NCBI GenBank assembly: GCA_051439505.1
Contig: JBFRWI010000086.1
Coordinates: forward strand, 60,116 to 124,115
Length of the DNA stretch: 64,000 nt
Source of the DNA: Hormoscilla sp.
GTDB lineage: Bacteria; Cyanobacteriota; Cyanobacteriia; Cyanobacteriales; Desertifilaceae
Direction: 5' to 3'
In this document: piece by piece, positions 8,637-20,128 of the stretch
How positions within the stretch are numbered: position 1 is the first letter of the stretch
How the letters are laid out: every line of letters starts with the position of its first letter
Made by a program: the position numbers and the translations under genes
Notes under the pieces: model-generated
Told to the model about the DNA's origin: nothing
Database searches by the model: none
The model's input: the letters and a program-made list of their open reading frames with translations, nothing else

Positions 8637-11366
8637 ATGGATTTAATTTTGTGTCATACCACAGCTGATTTTGACTGTTTGGGTGCAGCTGTGGGTCTAA
8701 CGAGGCTGAAACCAGGAGCGAAGTTGGTGCTGACTGGCGGTTCTCACCCGACTGTGCGAGATTTTTTGGCTCTGCATCGGGATGAGTATGCCCCGATCGA
8801 ACGTCGGGCAGTCAACCCCAAACTGATTCGTTCCCTATCGGTGGTGGATACCCAGCAGCGCGATCGCTTGGGGAAGGCGGCGGAGTGGTTGGACTTACCG
8901 CAACTGTCGGCAGTAGAAGTTTACGACCATCACCGGTCGGTCCTGGGAGATATTCAGGCCACTTATACTCAGATCGAGTCTGTGGGGGCGACCACTACTC
9001 TGATAGTAGAACAGTTGCAGCTCAAACAGATTAGTCTCACCCCAGCAGAGGCAACTGTAATGGCCTTGGGGATCCATGTGGATACGGGTTCTCTCACTTT
9101 TGAATCTAGCACGGCAAGAGATGCTTTGGCCTTGGCCTGGTTGATGCAGCAGGGGGCCAGTCAAGGAGCGATCGCGGATTATGTTTCACCTAGTTTATCT
9201 GGCCAGCTACAAGAGTTGTTAACAGTAGCGCTGGAAAACTTGCAAGTGGAAACGGTAAGCGGTCACCAGGTAGCTTCGGTGTTGCTGTGTACTGATGGTT
9301 TTGTGCCGGGGTTGTCTAGTCTGGCAACGCGACTGCTGGAGTTAACCAATGCTGATGCTTTGCTATTGGGATGTCGCTATCGGGCCAAGTCTTCCGGAGA
9401 AGAACGCTTGAGCGCGATCGGGCGATCGGGCATATCCGGCACGGATCTCAATGAGATTTTCGGACCCTTGGGAGGCGGCGGTCATGCCCAAGCGGCCTCT
9501 GTAACCTGGCGGGGAGAAGATCCACAGACAATTTTCGCGCAACTGCTAGATCGACTGAAAGCCCAAATTCCTCAACCACTGACGGCCCGGGAGTTAATGT
9601 CCTCCCCTGTCCGGACCATTTTACCTCAAACTACGATTCGCGAAGCCAGTAGAATTCTGCTCAGATACGGTCATTCCGGTTTATTCGTAGTGGACGCGAT
9701 CGGTCAGTTAGTAGGAATTATCTCCCGACGAGATATCGATCTTGCCCTGCACCACGGTTTTTCTCATGCCCCCGTCAAGGGTTACATGACCAAGAACCTA
9801 AAAACAATTACTCCCGATACCGGACTTAGGGCGATCGAGTCTCTGATGATGACCTATGATATCGGGCGCTTGCCAGTTTTGCAAGCTGGTCAGTTGGTGG
9901 GCAGTGTCACCCGCACCGATGTTTTGCGCCAGTTGCATACCGAACATATCCAGGCCAAACCAACAGCCAAATCGCGCAGCGTTGCGATCGCCAGCGAAGC
10001 AATCCCCTTGCAAACATGCTTGCTGCCAGAGTTGCGATCGCGCCTCACTCCACAACTCTGGCATCTTCTCAAGATGGCCGCCAATGCCGCTGTTAGTCGC
10101 GGTTGGCATCTGTATCTAGTCGGTGGCGCCGTCCGTGATTTACTGCTGGCCGACACAGATAATTTAGTAATGCTACAAGATATTGATTTAGTTGTAGATG
10201 GCTTCCACCGTTCTGCTGATGCCGGTGCCGGAGTCGAACTAGCCAAAGAACTACAACAACTCTACCCAGGGGCCCGTTTGCAAGTGCATGGACGTTTTCA
10301 AACTGCTGCCTTGCTGTGGCACAAAGACCCCGAATTAGATAATCTCTGGCTCGATATTGCCACGGCCCGAACCGAATTTTATCCCTATCCCGCTGCTAAC
10401 CCAGAAGTAGAGGCAAGTTCTATTCGTCAAGACCTCTATCGTCGTGATTTTACCATCAATGCCTTGGCATTGCGGCTCACGCCACCCCGTGCCGGTGAAT
10501 TATTAGATTTCTTTGGCGGTTTGCTAGATTTAGATGCCAAGTTAATTCGCGTTTTACACGCCAATAGCTTTATTGAAGACCCCACCCGCATTTATCGCGC
10601 CGTCCGGTTTGCCGTCCGCTTGGGCTTTGAAATTGAATCCCAGACTGAAGCATATATCCATTATGCCATAGAAAGTGGAGTTTACAATCGCTCTGTCGCT
10701 GAAAATAGCAGAGCACCTGCTCTAGAAACCAGGCTCAAGAATGAATTAAAATATATCTTGCAAGCGCCTTACTGGAAACTAGCATTGCAGATATTGGGAG
10801 ATTTAGGAGCCTTACGCTGCATTCATCCTACTCTGGAATTGAACGAGCAACTCTGGAAACAGATGCGCTTAGTCGATCGGTGTTTGCGGCGGTTCAGCAA
10901 ATTAAATCCTCAATTACCAAGTTGGGAAATGCTGCTAGAGGTTTTGATTACTCAGATATTACCAGAGGAAAGGGGGAAGGTAGCGACAAATCTCCAGTTA
11001 CCTGCCCAGACTATTGAACGACTCAGTCAGCTTGACAAAGTAGCATCAGTTGTGCTAGAGAAATTGCCAGAATGTCAGCGTCCTAGTCAGATCCTGCAAC
11101 TGTTGCAACCCTATGATGTGGCTACTTTAATTTTAATTGCAGTGGGGAGTCCGAGAAGCGTAAGACAGAAAATTTGGCGTTATTTAACGGAATTTGCACA
11201 AGTGAAATCTCCCTTAAATGGCAATGACCTCAAGCAGTTGGGTTATCAAAGGGGCCCTCAGTTTAAGCAAATGCTGGATGCTTTATTGGTCGCGAAGCTG
11301 GATGGTCTAGTGGGCGATCGGGCGTCAGCGGAGGCTTATCTAGCAGAACATTTCCCCCTGAAATGA
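8637..11366 (+). CDS. DHH-CBS-tRNA nucleotidyltransferase (likely A-adding enzyme)
   Basis: DHH domain (ADFD, YDHH, GGGGH), CBS pair, class II NTase motifs [27 protein letters not shown]. Start placed at MDLILCH. Confidence 0.88.
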   Translation: MDLILCHTTADFDCLGAAVGLTRLKPGAKLVLTGGSHPTVRDFLALHRDEYAPIERRAVNPKLIRSLSVVDTQQRDRLGKAAEWLDLPQLSAVEVYDHHRSVLGDIQATYTQIESVGATTTLIVEQLQLKQISLTPAEATVMALGIHVDTGSLTFESSTARDALALAWLMQQGASQGAIADYVSPSLSGQLQELLTVALENLQVETVSGHQVASVLLCTDGFVPGLSSLATRLLELTNADALLLGCRYRAKSSGEERLSAIGRSGISGTDLNEIFGPLGGGGHAQAASVTWRGEDPQTIFAQLLDRLKAQIPQPLTARELMSSPVRTILPQTTIREASRILLRYGHSGLFVVDAIGQLVGIISRRDIDLALHHGFSHAPVKGYMTKNLKTITPDTGLRAIESLMMTYDIGRLPVLQAGQLVGSVTRTDVLRQLHTEHIQAKPTAKSRSVAIASEAIPLQTCLLPELRSRLTPQLWHLLKMAANAAVSRGWHLYLVGGAVRDLLLADTDNLVMLQDIDLVVDGFHRSADAGAGVELAKELQQLYPGARLQVHGRFQTAALLWHKDPELDNLWLDIATARTEFYPYPAANPEVEASSIRQDLYRRDFTINALALRLTPPRAGELLDFFGGLLDLDAKLIRVLHANSFIEDPTRIYRAVRFAVRLGFEIESQTEAYIHYAIESGVYNRSVAENSRAPALETRLKNELKYILQAPYWKLALQILGDLGALRCIHPTLELNEQLWKQMRLVDRCLRRFSKLNPQLPSWEMLLEVLITQILPEERGKVATNLQLPAQTIERLSQLDKVASVVLEKLPECQRPSQILQLLQPYDVATLILIAVGSPRSVRQKIWRYLTEFAQVKSPLNGNDLKQLGYQRGPQFKQMLDALLVAKLDGLVGDRASAEAYLAEHFPLK

Positions 11367-11372
11367 AAAGTC

Positions 11373-11438
11373 GTTTGTAGTAATCACTTTAGTGATTTAC
11401 CGGTCCAGTTTGTAGTAATCACTTTAGTGATTTACCGG
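11373..11438. repeat. Two copies of short hairpin repeat GTTTGTAGTAATCACTTTAGTGATTTACCGG
   Basis: Direct copies at 11373-11403 and 11408-11438. The reverse complement matches the in-frame elements in the 3996-aa gene. Confidence 0.85.
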
Positions 11439-11586
11439 CGCGAAGCGCAGAGAGTCGTTTGTAGCCCGATCGCCGTCACCCTCAGCAGGAGTTAGAACGG
11501 GGAGAGATTGCTTCTTTTGCATTTCCTGATATAATGCTGTCAGTGACTCAGATGTTTAGTTAATCAGCTACCACCATTGAGATGAA

Positions 11587-11618
11587 GAAACCCGGTTTTC
11601 GGTAAAAACCAGGTTTCT
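11587..11618. repeat. GAAACCCGGTTT-type inverted repeat (possible bidirectional terminator)
   Basis: gaaacccggttttcggtaaaaaccaggtttct. Related copies near 59685-59710, 62553-62586 and 62723-62789. Confidence 0.6.
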
Positions 11619-11665
11619 GGGCCTTCGATGTGAATACTAAACAGAATCTCAAGCTCCCGATCGCT

Positions 11666-11986
11666 TTAATTATCACCCGCTTCGTTCGAGAGTGTTTTTT
11701 CGACAAGCAGCTTGAGAATGTCCACAATCTCTCCTTGACGGTTGTCCAATTTGTTGATTAGCCTGTACATATTTGCGGTAGTGTCGCCTTGAACCTTGGC
11801 TAAATTAGCCAAAGCATTGCCTTGAGTCTCTGCTAGACTAGCTAAGGTTTCCCTGATCGCGGCCATTTCCTGCTTCGCTTGGCGATCGCTCTCTCTCAGT
11901 TCTGCCAGAGAATCTGCCACTGCCGCAATAGCGCGAGCATTGGACTCGATTAACTTTTTCAGTTCATCATCATTAGCTTCAGTCAT
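11666..11986 (-). CDS. Hypothetical coiled-coil protein
   Basis: ORF with AGGAG upstream; heptad-like helical sequence. Confidence 0.65.
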   Translation of the reverse strand: MTEANDDELKKLIESNARAIAAVADSLAELRESDRQAKQEMAAIRETLASLAETQGNALANLAKVQGDTTANMYRLINKLDNRQGEIVDILKLLVEKTLSNEAGDN

Positions 11987-12396
11987 CCTTAACTCCTGTG
12001 TTGTTTCTAGATTCTTAATGTTATCATATATGTAATCGGATCAAACTAGGTTTATGGCATCGGAGAAAACCCCGATCGCCCGATCGCCTACAAAAAATGT
12101 GCTGGGAATAATTGTTTTGGCTTTTCTGGCTAGTGCAACGCCGAGAAAATATATCACTAGCAAGCCGCAGACGTAGATCTCGATCGCGCGTGCGATCTCA
12201 TAAGTAGACAGAAGGCAGAACTCGCAGCTCAATGGTGGGCTCCTACGCCAAGACTGGTACAGTAAGGCCCCATAGGGTCAGGGTACAACCGGCGAATGTG
12301 GAAGGGCCCCTGGGGGAAATTCCTCTCAGTCGAAACGCGAGATTGAGAAAAAAGTAGTTATAATTTTTGTAAAGACCGCACCCAAACATTGTTTAC

Positions 12397-12723
12397 ATGA
12401 GTGATCCTCTAGTTCGCGCCTTCTTTGTCGGCAGGGCCCTAGCTGAGGCCCTCGGCGAGCAGCTAGCATATACCCTGACAGATGCCATCAGTGCCCTGGG
12501 TAAGTTCGATGCCGAGCAACGGGAACGCTGGCGTAACTTTGCCGAGCAAGTAATTGCACGGGCAGACCAGGCCCAAGCAACAGCAACTCAGGAGACAACT
12601 CCGACCACCGTTGCCCCCAATAGCACCCAACAATCTGACCTGCAAGAGATGATCGATAAACTGCGGGCAGAAACAGCTCAGTTACGTGCTGAGTTGCAAC
12701 GCTATCGATCGCGCTCAACATAA
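12397..12723 (+). CDS. Conserved cyanobacterial hypothetical protein upstream of the ABC1 kinase
   Basis: AFFVGRALAE...LGKFDAEQRE...DLQEMIDKLRAE pattern and its position. Confidence 0.8.
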   Translation: MSDPLVRAFFVGRALAEALGEQLAYTLTDAISALGKFDAEQRERWRNFAEQVIARADQAQATATQETTPTTVAPNSTQQSDLQEMIDKLRAETAQLRAELQRYRSRST

Positions 12724-12770
12724 ACTATTCTCTCTGCACACAGACCAAGCATCTTAAAACTGTCGAACCA

Positions 12771-14456
12771 ATGGAAAAAGCCTATAACAATCGGGCTTAT
12801 CGGTGGAATCGCCCCAAATATTCTCGTCACCGGCGATATCTGGATATCTGGACCTTTGTCTGGCTGTTACTGGGCGGATTCTGGCTGAACGGCAAACCCT
12901 GGAGCTACCGGGGTGGTATGACAGAGGAGAAGAAAAATATCAGACGCCGCGAACAAGCAGTCTGGATCCGCGAGAGCCTTTTGGATTTGGGCCCCACATT
13001 TATCAAGGTGGGGCAGCTATTCTCCACCAGGGCCGATCTATTTCCCACCGAATATGTAGAAGAACTCTCTAAACTGCAAGATAAGGTGCCGGCTTTTGGC
13101 GACGAGCAGGTGGAGGCGATCGTAGGACAGGACTTAGGTAAGCCGATCGCCGAACTATACCGCAGTTTCGATCCCATACCCCTGGCAGCAGCTAGCTTAG
13201 GTCAAGTCCATCGAGCTATGCTACACACCGGCGAAGAGGTAGCGGTAAAGGTACAACGACCGGGGTTGCAGCAGCTGTTTACCATAGATTTAAGCATTCT
13301 CAAGGGTATTACCCGCTACTTTCAAAACCATCCTCGATGGGGTAGGGGTCGCGACTGGCTCGGCATTTATGATGAATGCTGTCGGATCCTCTGGGAAGAG
13401 ATAGATTATATTAATGAAGGTCGCAATGCCGATACCTTCCGCCGCAATTTTCGCTCTTGTAGCTGGGTGCAGGTTCCCAGAGTCCACTGGCGCTATACAG
13501 CAGGCCGCGTTCTTACCTTGGAGTATATCCCCGGAATTAAGATTAGCCATTACGAAGCCCTAGAAGCGGCGGGTCTCGATCGCAAGACCTTGGCTCAACT
13601 AGGTGCCAAGGCTTATCTGATGCAAATCCTCAACAATGGCTTCTTTCACGCCGATCCTCACCCGGGGAATATTGCAGTTAACCCAGAAGGGGCACTGATA
13701 TTCTATGATTTCGGTATGATGGGGGAGATCCAGCCGATTACCCGGGAGAAACTCCTAGATACCTTTTTTGGCATTGCCCAAAAAGATGGAAACCGGGTGA
13801 TGAACTCCCTGATTGAGTTAGGTGCCTTAGCGAGAGTCGAAGATATGGGACCGGTGCGGCGCTCTATCCAGTATATGCTGGATAATTTTATGGATCAGCC
13901 CTTTGAAAATCAATCGGTCAATCAAATCAGCGATGACTTGTATGAGATCGCCTACGACCAGCCCTTTCGCTTTCCGGCCACCTTTACCTTCGTGATGCGG
14001 GCCTTCTCTACTCTCGAAGGTGTGGGTAAGGGACTCGACCCTGAGTTTAACTTTATGGAGGTAGCAAGACCCTTTGCCACGCAGATTATGACCGATGGAA
14101 ACTCAAAACCAGGAAATGACCTGTTTAGCGAACTGGGCCGCCAAGCTGCCCAAGTGAGTAATACGGCCTTGAGTCTGCCACGACGCCTGGAGATGACCCT
14201 CGATAAACTAGAACAGGGAGATATCCGCCTGCGGGTCCGCTCTACGGAAACAGATCGGCTGATTAGACGTCTCAGTAGCGTTAATATGGCTACTAACTAT
14301 GTATTGTCGATCGCGGCTTTGACATTATCAGCTACAATACTGTTTGTCAGCGGCTATCCAGGGTTAGCGGTGGTAGTGGTAGCAGGAGCGATAATATTGG
14401 CAGTCGCTCTGTTCCGTCTACTGCGCTCTATCAGCCGTTTCGACCGCATGCCTTGA
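12771..14456 (+). CDS. ABC1/AarF/UbiB family atypical kinase
   Basis: LGPTFIKVGQ, AASLGQVH, VAVKVQRP, FFHADPHPGN, DFGM; C-terminal TM helices. Confidence 0.93.
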   Translation: MEKAYNNRAYRWNRPKYSRHRRYLDIWTFVWLLLGGFWLNGKPWSYRGGMTEEKKNIRRREQAVWIRESLLDLGPTFIKVGQLFSTRADLFPTEYVEELSKLQDKVPAFGDEQVEAIVGQDLGKPIAELYRSFDPIPLAAASLGQVHRAMLHTGEEVAVKVQRPGLQQLFTIDLSILKGITRYFQNHPRWGRGRDWLGIYDECCRILWEEIDYINEGRNADTFRRNFRSCSWVQVPRVHWRYTAGRVLTLEYIPGIKISHYEALEAAGLDRKTLAQLGAKAYLMQILNNGFFHADPHPGNIAVNPEGALIFYDFGMMGEIQPITREKLLDTFFGIAQKDGNRVMNSLIELGALARVEDMGPVRRSIQYMLDNFMDQPFENQSVNQISDDLYEIAYDQPFRFPATFTFVMRAFSTLEGVGKGLDPEFNFMEVARPFATQIMTDGNSKPGNDLFSELGRQAAQVSNTALSLPRRLEMTLDKLEQGDIRLRVRSTETDRLIRRLSSVNMATNYVLSIAALTLSATILFVSGYPGLAVVVVAGAIILAVALFRLLRSISRFDRMP

Positions 14457-14501
14457 TCGATCTATTGTTAAATTGCTGTTTGATGCTGCCCACTCTTATT
14501 T

Positions 14502-15242
14502 ATGAAACGCTTCTTTAAAGGTCTAACTGATACAGGAGTTGTCCGTTCCGTCAATCAAGATCATTACCATTGCGATCTCGAAGGGCGATTTTTTATAGTA
14601 GCAGATGGAATGGGAGGCCATACGGGCGGTCAAGAGGCAAGTCAGATCGCCACTTCGACCATTGCCAGCTATCTGGAGGAGAAGTGGGATAGTTCCCTAA
14701 CATCCCCAAATCTGCTAGAAGAGGCTTTATACAAGGCAAATAAAGCAATCTTGCTCGATCAGCAGCAGCATCCAGAACGATCGGATATGGGAACAACGAT
14801 CGTGGTGCTGATGTTTAGAGAAGATCGACACCGACCCTGGTGTGCTCATATTGGCGATTCTCGCCTCTATAGATTGCGGGGACATGGCCTAGAGCAAATT
14901 ACCGAAGATCATACTTGGGTGGCCCGTGCGGTAAGTTCGGGCGCACTCGCTCCCGATCTGGCCCGGACTCATCCTTGGCGTCATGTATTATCTCAATGTC
15001 TGGGTCGCGAGGACTTGAACGAAATCGAAATCCAATCTCTAGACGTAAAAGCAGGCGATCGCCTACTTTTATGTAGTGACGGCTTGACTGAAGAACTCTC
15101 CGACCATCAGATTGAGTCTAAACTCAAAAGCATTCGCGCCAGTGAAAAAGCCGCCCAAACTCTGATTGACACCGCCAAAGAGAAGGGCGGACGGGATAAT
15201 ATCACCGTTATAATTGTGATGATTGACGACGATTCCCATTGA
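14502..15242 (+). CDS. pphA: PP2C-family Ser/Thr phosphatase (PphA-like)
   Basis: VADGMGG, MGTT, HIGDSR, LCSDGL, GGRDNIT. The position after the ABC1 kinase matches Synechocystis sll1770-sll1771. Confidence 0.75.
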   Translation: MKRFFKGLTDTGVVRSVNQDHYHCDLEGRFFIVADGMGGHTGGQEASQIATSTIASYLEEKWDSSLTSPNLLEEALYKANKAILLDQQQHPERSDMGTTIVVLMFREDRHRPWCAHIGDSRLYRLRGHGLEQITEDHTWVARAVSSGALAPDLARTHPWRHVLSQCLGREDLNEIEIQSLDVKAGDRLLLCSDGLTEELSDHQIESKLKSIRASEKAAQTLIDTAKEKGGRDNITVIIVMIDDDSH

Positions 15243-15404
15243 GCAATTGTTAATTATTGCACAATATGATAGTGTTGATTGATGATCGAGCGGTTATTGG
15301 TCATAAATATCAATATTTGTCTAAATTATCTATCCCTAAAGGCACTTCTTATTAGCAATTAGCAATCAGCAATTCGCAACCATCATCCTGAAAAAACGAA
15401 ACTG

Positions 15405-15436
15405 ACCCCAGGAACAGATTGTTTCTGGGGTATTTT
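15405..15436 (+). terminator. Probable intrinsic terminator
   Basis: accccaggaac-agatt-gtttctggggt followed by atttt. Confidence 0.5.
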
Positions 15437-15684
15437 GTTCGTTGCGAGCATCTTTACCCATGGCAACTTGCTAAAACTGAATTAGTTGCCATTATCGAAC
15501 TCTGGTCGATATGTCAAATATCTGTTATATTTTGTAATATAAAAAGCCCAATTGACTCTGGCCATAGGATATAGCGCATCATTTCATTCTTGCTGAGCAC
15601 TGCCAACTGGATTTCTCAGACTGCTATCATCGGTAAAAATGTGCAACGCCCCGATTTTTACCCAATCCGAAAATTGTAGCTCCT

Positions 15685-16575
15685 ATGTTTAAGCGTGCTT
15701 TAATCTCTACAGATTTAGCGGACGGTTTGCATCGGCTAGTGGATTTTGTGCCAGATCTGGCTGCTAGCGGTTTGCAGCAGATAGTTTTCCTGCATACGGT
15801 GCCCCTGTGGCAGGAGGGGAGAATCCCCAGAGAAGATACCGAAAAAATCCAGCAGGCGAAATCTCGCCTGTCAGCGGCACAAGGGACTTCCGAAGTGGAT
15901 GTCAAAGTTGAGGTCTTCACCTCCAATAAACCCCACGAGGCCATATTGCAGACCGCCGAAACCTACCAGTCAGATATCATTATCTTGGGTGCTTCTACCC
16001 AGAATCTGCTGAACGAAAAGCTGTTTGGTTCTACCAGCGTGACTGTATCTCAGCAAACGGAAACGCCGTTGATGGTGCTGCGCCCCCGGCTAGTCTCTGT
16101 CTACACTACCGAGGAGCTTTCCCTGCGCTGTCAGCATCTGTTCCGCTATTTGATGATTCCTTACGATGGCAGCGACTCAGCTGATTATTTGCTCCAACAG
16201 ATTAAGCAATACGCCCAAGACCGCCCGTCGGGACTCTCCCATTGTCTGCTGATCTGGGTAGTTGAGGAGGGAGGGATCAGGGAACTGCGCAAGCATGAAG
16301 AATTACAACTTGCCCGGGAAGCCCTCGAATCAGTTAAAGCAGATTTGTCACAACTAGACTTGGAGGTAATTGTGGAGATACGGCAGGGAGATCCCCTACC
16401 GGAGATTTTTAATGCGGCTCTCGAATATGATATCGCCGCGATCGCCATCACCTCTTTACGACACAACAAGTTACTCGACTGGTCAGTTCCCAGCTTTAGC
16501 AGCCAGTTGTTGCGTCGTAGTTGGCATCCGATCGTCTTTTTCCCACCCCCGCGATCGGGCCATCATCGCGGTTAA
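15685..16575 (+). CDS. Tandem universal stress protein (two Usp domains)
   Basis: KRALISTD..., LFGSTS, IPYDGSD, RQGDP. Confidence 0.88.
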   Translation: MFKRALISTDLADGLHRLVDFVPDLAASGLQQIVFLHTVPLWQEGRIPREDTEKIQQAKSRLSAAQGTSEVDVKVEVFTSNKPHEAILQTAETYQSDIIILGASTQNLLNEKLFGSTSVTVSQQTETPLMVLRPRLVSVYTTEELSLRCQHLFRYLMIPYDGSDSADYLLQQIKQYAQDRPSGLSHCLLIWVVEEGGIRELRKHEELQLAREALESVKADLSQLDLEVIVEIRQGDPLPEIFNAALEYDIAAIAITSLRHNKLLDWSVPSFSSQLLRRSWHPIVFFPPPRSGHHRG

Positions 16576-18272
16576 AATTTGCTGCGATGCTGCTGCGCAG
16601 CCGCTTCGCGATCGCAACCGAGAGCAAAAGAGCCCGAATCACCCGATTCCAACTTGAGCAAAATCTGCGGTTGCAGCTTGTCAAGCTCTTGCTTGAGCAG
16701 CTCTTTGCTCAAGCTAGGTTGGTTCTCTGGCAATAGCCTACTCTTGTTGGTCCAGTCTAGCAGCCGCCGACATTGCTCTTGGCTCAGAGAGATTGTCATC
16801 ACCTCCGCACAGGTATGGGGCCCCTCCAAGGGAAACAATAGCAGCCGGTAGCGACCGATTTCCCCTAATTGTCTGGCCATTTGCTGTCCGGTAGCTGTCT
16901 TTAAATCCAGATAGCAAGGTAGCCATCTCGGACCCTGCCGCTGGTTGTAAAGGACTGTCAGCCACAGCACCATGGGATGGGGAGCCATCGAGCAGAGAAA
17001 GTTTTTGTAGAGCTTATTGTAGAGTTTATTCACCAGACGCTGCTCGATTTCCCGTGCTGACAGCATCGCCCATAGGGTCACCAAAGTCTGGGACCCTCCA
17101 GAACCCACTTTGATCGGATGGGGAAATACAATTTGAGCAAGGGGTTTGTTCTTTGGCCAAGACTGGGCCTGACAGATTTCATCTGCCCCAGGCACATCCT
17201 GTTGGGGTTCGACTGCCGTTAACCGATCCGATTTTTCCCGAACGGTGGGGGTTTTGCTAATTTTTTGCTTGATGGGCTGAGACGGGGGGCCAGAGGGGGT
17301 TTTGCTAATCTCTGGCTCGATGGGTTGAGACTTTGACTGAGACTTGGGTTGGGACTTTGGCTGGGACGGAGGACGAGAAAAATTTTCTAGGTCTTTTTCT
17401 AGGGCTTGTAAACTCTTGAAAATTTCTCTGGCGCTTTCGGGACGAGACTTGGGGTTTTTGGCCAGACATTTCATCACCAACTTTTCTAGTTCCTGGGGCA
17501 GATTTAAGTTGAGTTCTACTGACTTAAAAGACCGAGGGGCTTGAGATTGATGAGCTTTATACCAGGCCCCGAAAGTGTGGGTTTTTACCTCCAGGGGCAT
17601 TTTTCCCGTGAGCATTTGGAACATCATCACCCCCAGACTATAAAGGTCTGAGGCGCTAGTTAATTCCTTGCCATCCATCTGTTCTGGAGAAGAGTAGGCC
17701 AAAGTCCCCATGAAACAATTGGTTACCCCAGCGTCTTCTTGCAGCAGCTTAGCTATGCCAAAATCAAGGATCTTCACTAACTCCTCTAATGTCGGATCTT
17801 GACTCACCAGAATATTGCTAGGCTTAATATCTCGATGGATGATGGGAATAATTTTGTCGTCTTTTTCGATTCCGGCGTGAGCGCACTCCAAACCCAAGCA
17901 TATTTGGCGGGCTAGACTCAAAAACCTCGGCAATAATAGGGGTTGATTGCTAATGATATCACTCAGGCTTTCTCCTTGCAGATATTCCATTACGTAGAAT
18001 GGGGTTTCGTCTTCGGTGACCCCATAGTCCGTCACCCGGACTATATGCATGCTGTTCTGCCCTAACTGAGCGCTAGTCTTCGCTTCGGTTTCAAACCGTT
18101 CGCGCATCCTTTTGTTCAACATTGCCTGGGAGAGAAACTTGATGGCAACTTTTACCCCTCCCACTCTCTTGTCCTTCGCCAGATACACCTGTCCCATTGC
18201 TCCTTTTCCTATCGGCTCTACTAGCTGATAGCGATTGAATAGTATGCGGCCTATATTAGAGTCAATGGGCAT
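16572..18272 (-). CDS. Hanks-type Ser/Thr protein kinase
   Basis: GKGAMGQV, VAIK, HRDIKPSN, DFG, SPEQ; Pro/Ser/Gln linker and C-terminal domain. Shares the TTAA stop with the USP gene. Confidence 0.93.
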   Translation of the reverse strand: MPIDSNIGRILFNRYQLVEPIGKGAMGQVYLAKDKRVGGVKVAIKFLSQAMLNKRMRERFETEAKTSAQLGQNSMHIVRVTDYGVTEDETPFYVMEYLQGESLSDIISNQPLLLPRFLSLARQICLGLECAHAGIEKDDKIIPIIHRDIKPSNILVSQDPTLEELVKILDFGIAKLLQEDAGVTNCFMGTLAYSSPEQMDGKELTSASDLYSLGVMMFQMLTGKMPLEVKTHTFGAWYKAHQSQAPRSFKSVELNLNLPQELEKLVMKCLAKNPKSRPESAREIFKSLQALEKDLENFSRPPSQPKSQPKSQSKSQPIEPEISKTPSGPPSQPIKQKISKTPTVREKSDRLTAVEPQQDVPGADEICQAQSWPKNKPLAQIVFPHPIKVGSGGSQTLVTLWAMLSAREIEQRLVNKLYNKLYKNFLCSMAPHPMVLWLTVLYNQRQGPRWLPCYLDLKTATGQQMARQLGEIGRYRLLLFPLEGPHTCAEVMTISLSQEQCRRLLDWTNKSRLLPENQPSLSKELLKQELDKLQPQILLKLESGDSGSFALGCDREAAAQQHRSKF

Positions 18273-18348
18273 GTACGTTGTTAGTTGTCAGTTGTTAGTT
18301 GTCAATACAAGCATTTTGCATGGAGTCAGATTATCTGCCAGTTACCAG

Positions 18349-18798
18349 TTATTTATGAAGGCGACGTTCTATAATTGCTTCCATCGTACTGGTCAGATGA
18401 TAACCGGACATCATGCCACTGGAGATATGATAGGTATTGGAGTCTATGCGGCGTAGGGTTTCAAAGCTACTGCGGCGTTCTTTGTCACCCAGCACCCAGT
18501 AGCGCTGCACTATTGATTCTGGGGCTATCCAGCCTTCTCCTTCTACTTTACCTAATAGACTATGCTGGAGTACGAAGGTATACTGACGATCTCCTAAATC
18601 TAGGCGTCCCCGATATGTTAGGGAAATTTCTGGGCGGTCTGTTTCTGGAAATTCTAGCTTGGTTACCATTGTAAACCAGTTATCTAGCTGCCATTTTATT
18701 AATGTTTTACCTTTTACTGGGATTGGCATTCCCTGCTTTTCTAGCCAATTTCCCTCTAATACCCAGCCTCCCGGCTCTACTAAAAATGTGTGAGTCAC
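18349..18798 (-). CDS. Conserved hypothetical protein (beta-rich)
   Basis: 149-aa ORF co-oriented between anmK and the kinase. Confidence 0.75.
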   Translation of the reverse strand: MTHTFLVEPGGWVLEGNWLEKQGMPIPVKGKTLIKWQLDNWFTMVTKLEFPETDRPEISLTYRGRLDLGDRQYTFVLQHSLLGKVEGEGWIAPESIVQRYWVLGDKERRSSFETLRRIDSNTYHISSGMMSGYHLTSTMEAIIERRLHK

Positions 18799-18862
18799 AG
18801 CGCTATCCTTTATTTTATCGCCTGCCTATCTGCCCGTCAACTGGTTCCTTTCTACTATCCTA

Positions 18863-20068
18863 TCATGGGTTGCCTCCACCGCATCCACCTACATGGATTT
18901 CCCCTAACAGCATCTCTCGCGGAGCACCTGTTACTCCGGGAACGTTACCTGCTATGCCATGGTAGCGCCAGTAGGCCAAGACTGCAAAGGCGATCGCTTC
19001 TTTATCTGAGGCATTCAAACCTACTTCATCTGTTGTTAACACCGGTATTGTCCCTAACTGCTTTTGCAAACGCTGTCGCAGGTAGAGATTGCGGCTACCT
19101 CCTCCACACAATAGCACTTCCTCTGGCATTTGCGGTAAATATTCTCGGTAATTTTGGACTATTGATACTGCTGTCAGTTCTGTCAGAGTTGCTAGTATAT
19201 CCTCTTGTTTGATTATATCATTCTTTTGAGCATCTGTCAAACATTCCTGTAAGAATTGACTGCCAAATTCCTCCCTGCCTGTTGATTTGGGGGGCGCTTG
19301 TTGAAAAAAGCCGTGTTTCAGCCACTGGTTTACTAGGGGGGTACAGGGTACGCCCCGTGCTGCCCAGGCACCATCTCGATCGTATGTCTTGGCCCCACCT
19401 GTGAACTGCTGCACTGCTAGGTCTAGTAGCATATTACCCGGACCTGTGTCCCAGCCGCCAACTTTTTCTAGCTGTCCGATTGGCCCGGCTGGCAGATAGG
19501 TGAGGTTGCTAATGCCACCTATATTTTGGATACAGCGACTCACCCTGGGATTTCCCAATAAATAGGCATCTACTCGCGGTACTAGGGGGGCCCCCTGTCC
19601 CCCGGCGGCCAAGTCTGCCTTTCGGAAGTTACTCACTGTGGTTATCCCTGTCTGATGGGCGATCGCCTCTCCTCTCCCTAATTGCATACTATAACCCAAT
19701 TGGGTACTTGATGACTGGCTAGCAGATGTTTTTCTGCGAGGGCGATGATATATTGTTTGACCGTGGGAACCGATCAATTCCGCTTTTCCCTCGTTACCTG
19801 GGGACCGCCTGGTAACGCTTGCTTCCAGGGTTTTTGCTGCGATCGCGAACTCCGATGCGATCGCGTCGTCTAATTCTGCTAATTCTAGCATCGTCATGGC
19901 CGCACCGCCAGCCACTGCCAATATTTTCGACTGCAAATCTACCGAATATGGATATGTTTCCGCCGCTATAACTCGCACGTGCAGCTTTTGGGCATCTCCA
20001 TCTATCTCTACCATTGCCGCATCTATGCCATCTACTGATGTACCACTTATGAGACCTATTACTCGCAT
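18863..20068 (-). CDS. anmK: Anhydro-N-acetylmuramic acid kinase
   Basis: [55 protein letters not shown]. Confidence 0.96.
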   Translation of the reverse strand: MRVIGLISGTSVDGIDAAMVEIDGDAQKLHVRVIAAETYPYSVDLQSKILAVAGGAAMTMLELAELDDAIASEFAIAAKTLEASVTRRSPGNEGKAELIGSHGQTIYHRPRRKTSASQSSSTQLGYSMQLGRGEAIAHQTGITTVSNFRKADLAAGGQGAPLVPRVDAYLLGNPRVSRCIQNIGGISNLTYLPAGPIGQLEKVGGWDTGPGNMLLDLAVQQFTGGAKTYDRDGAWAARGVPCTPLVNQWLKHGFFQQAPPKSTGREEFGSQFLQECLTDAQKNDIIKQEDILATLTELTAVSIVQNYREYLPQMPEEVLLCGGGSRNLYLRQRLQKQLGTIPVLTTDEVGLNASDKEAIAFAVLAYWRYHGIAGNVPGVTGAPREMLLGEIHVGGCGGGNP

Positions 20069-20128
20069 ATTCCCCTTCTCTCATCTGCCTATTTCTGCAC
20101 CCACGAATGACAGTGGGTGCGGCCCACC

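Noticed and set aside
12200..12350. GC-rich, partly self-complementary stretch upstream of 12397 as a riboswitch or ncRNA
   Set aside because: I could not match it to any RNA family I know and the stems are weak; an Rfam search is needed.
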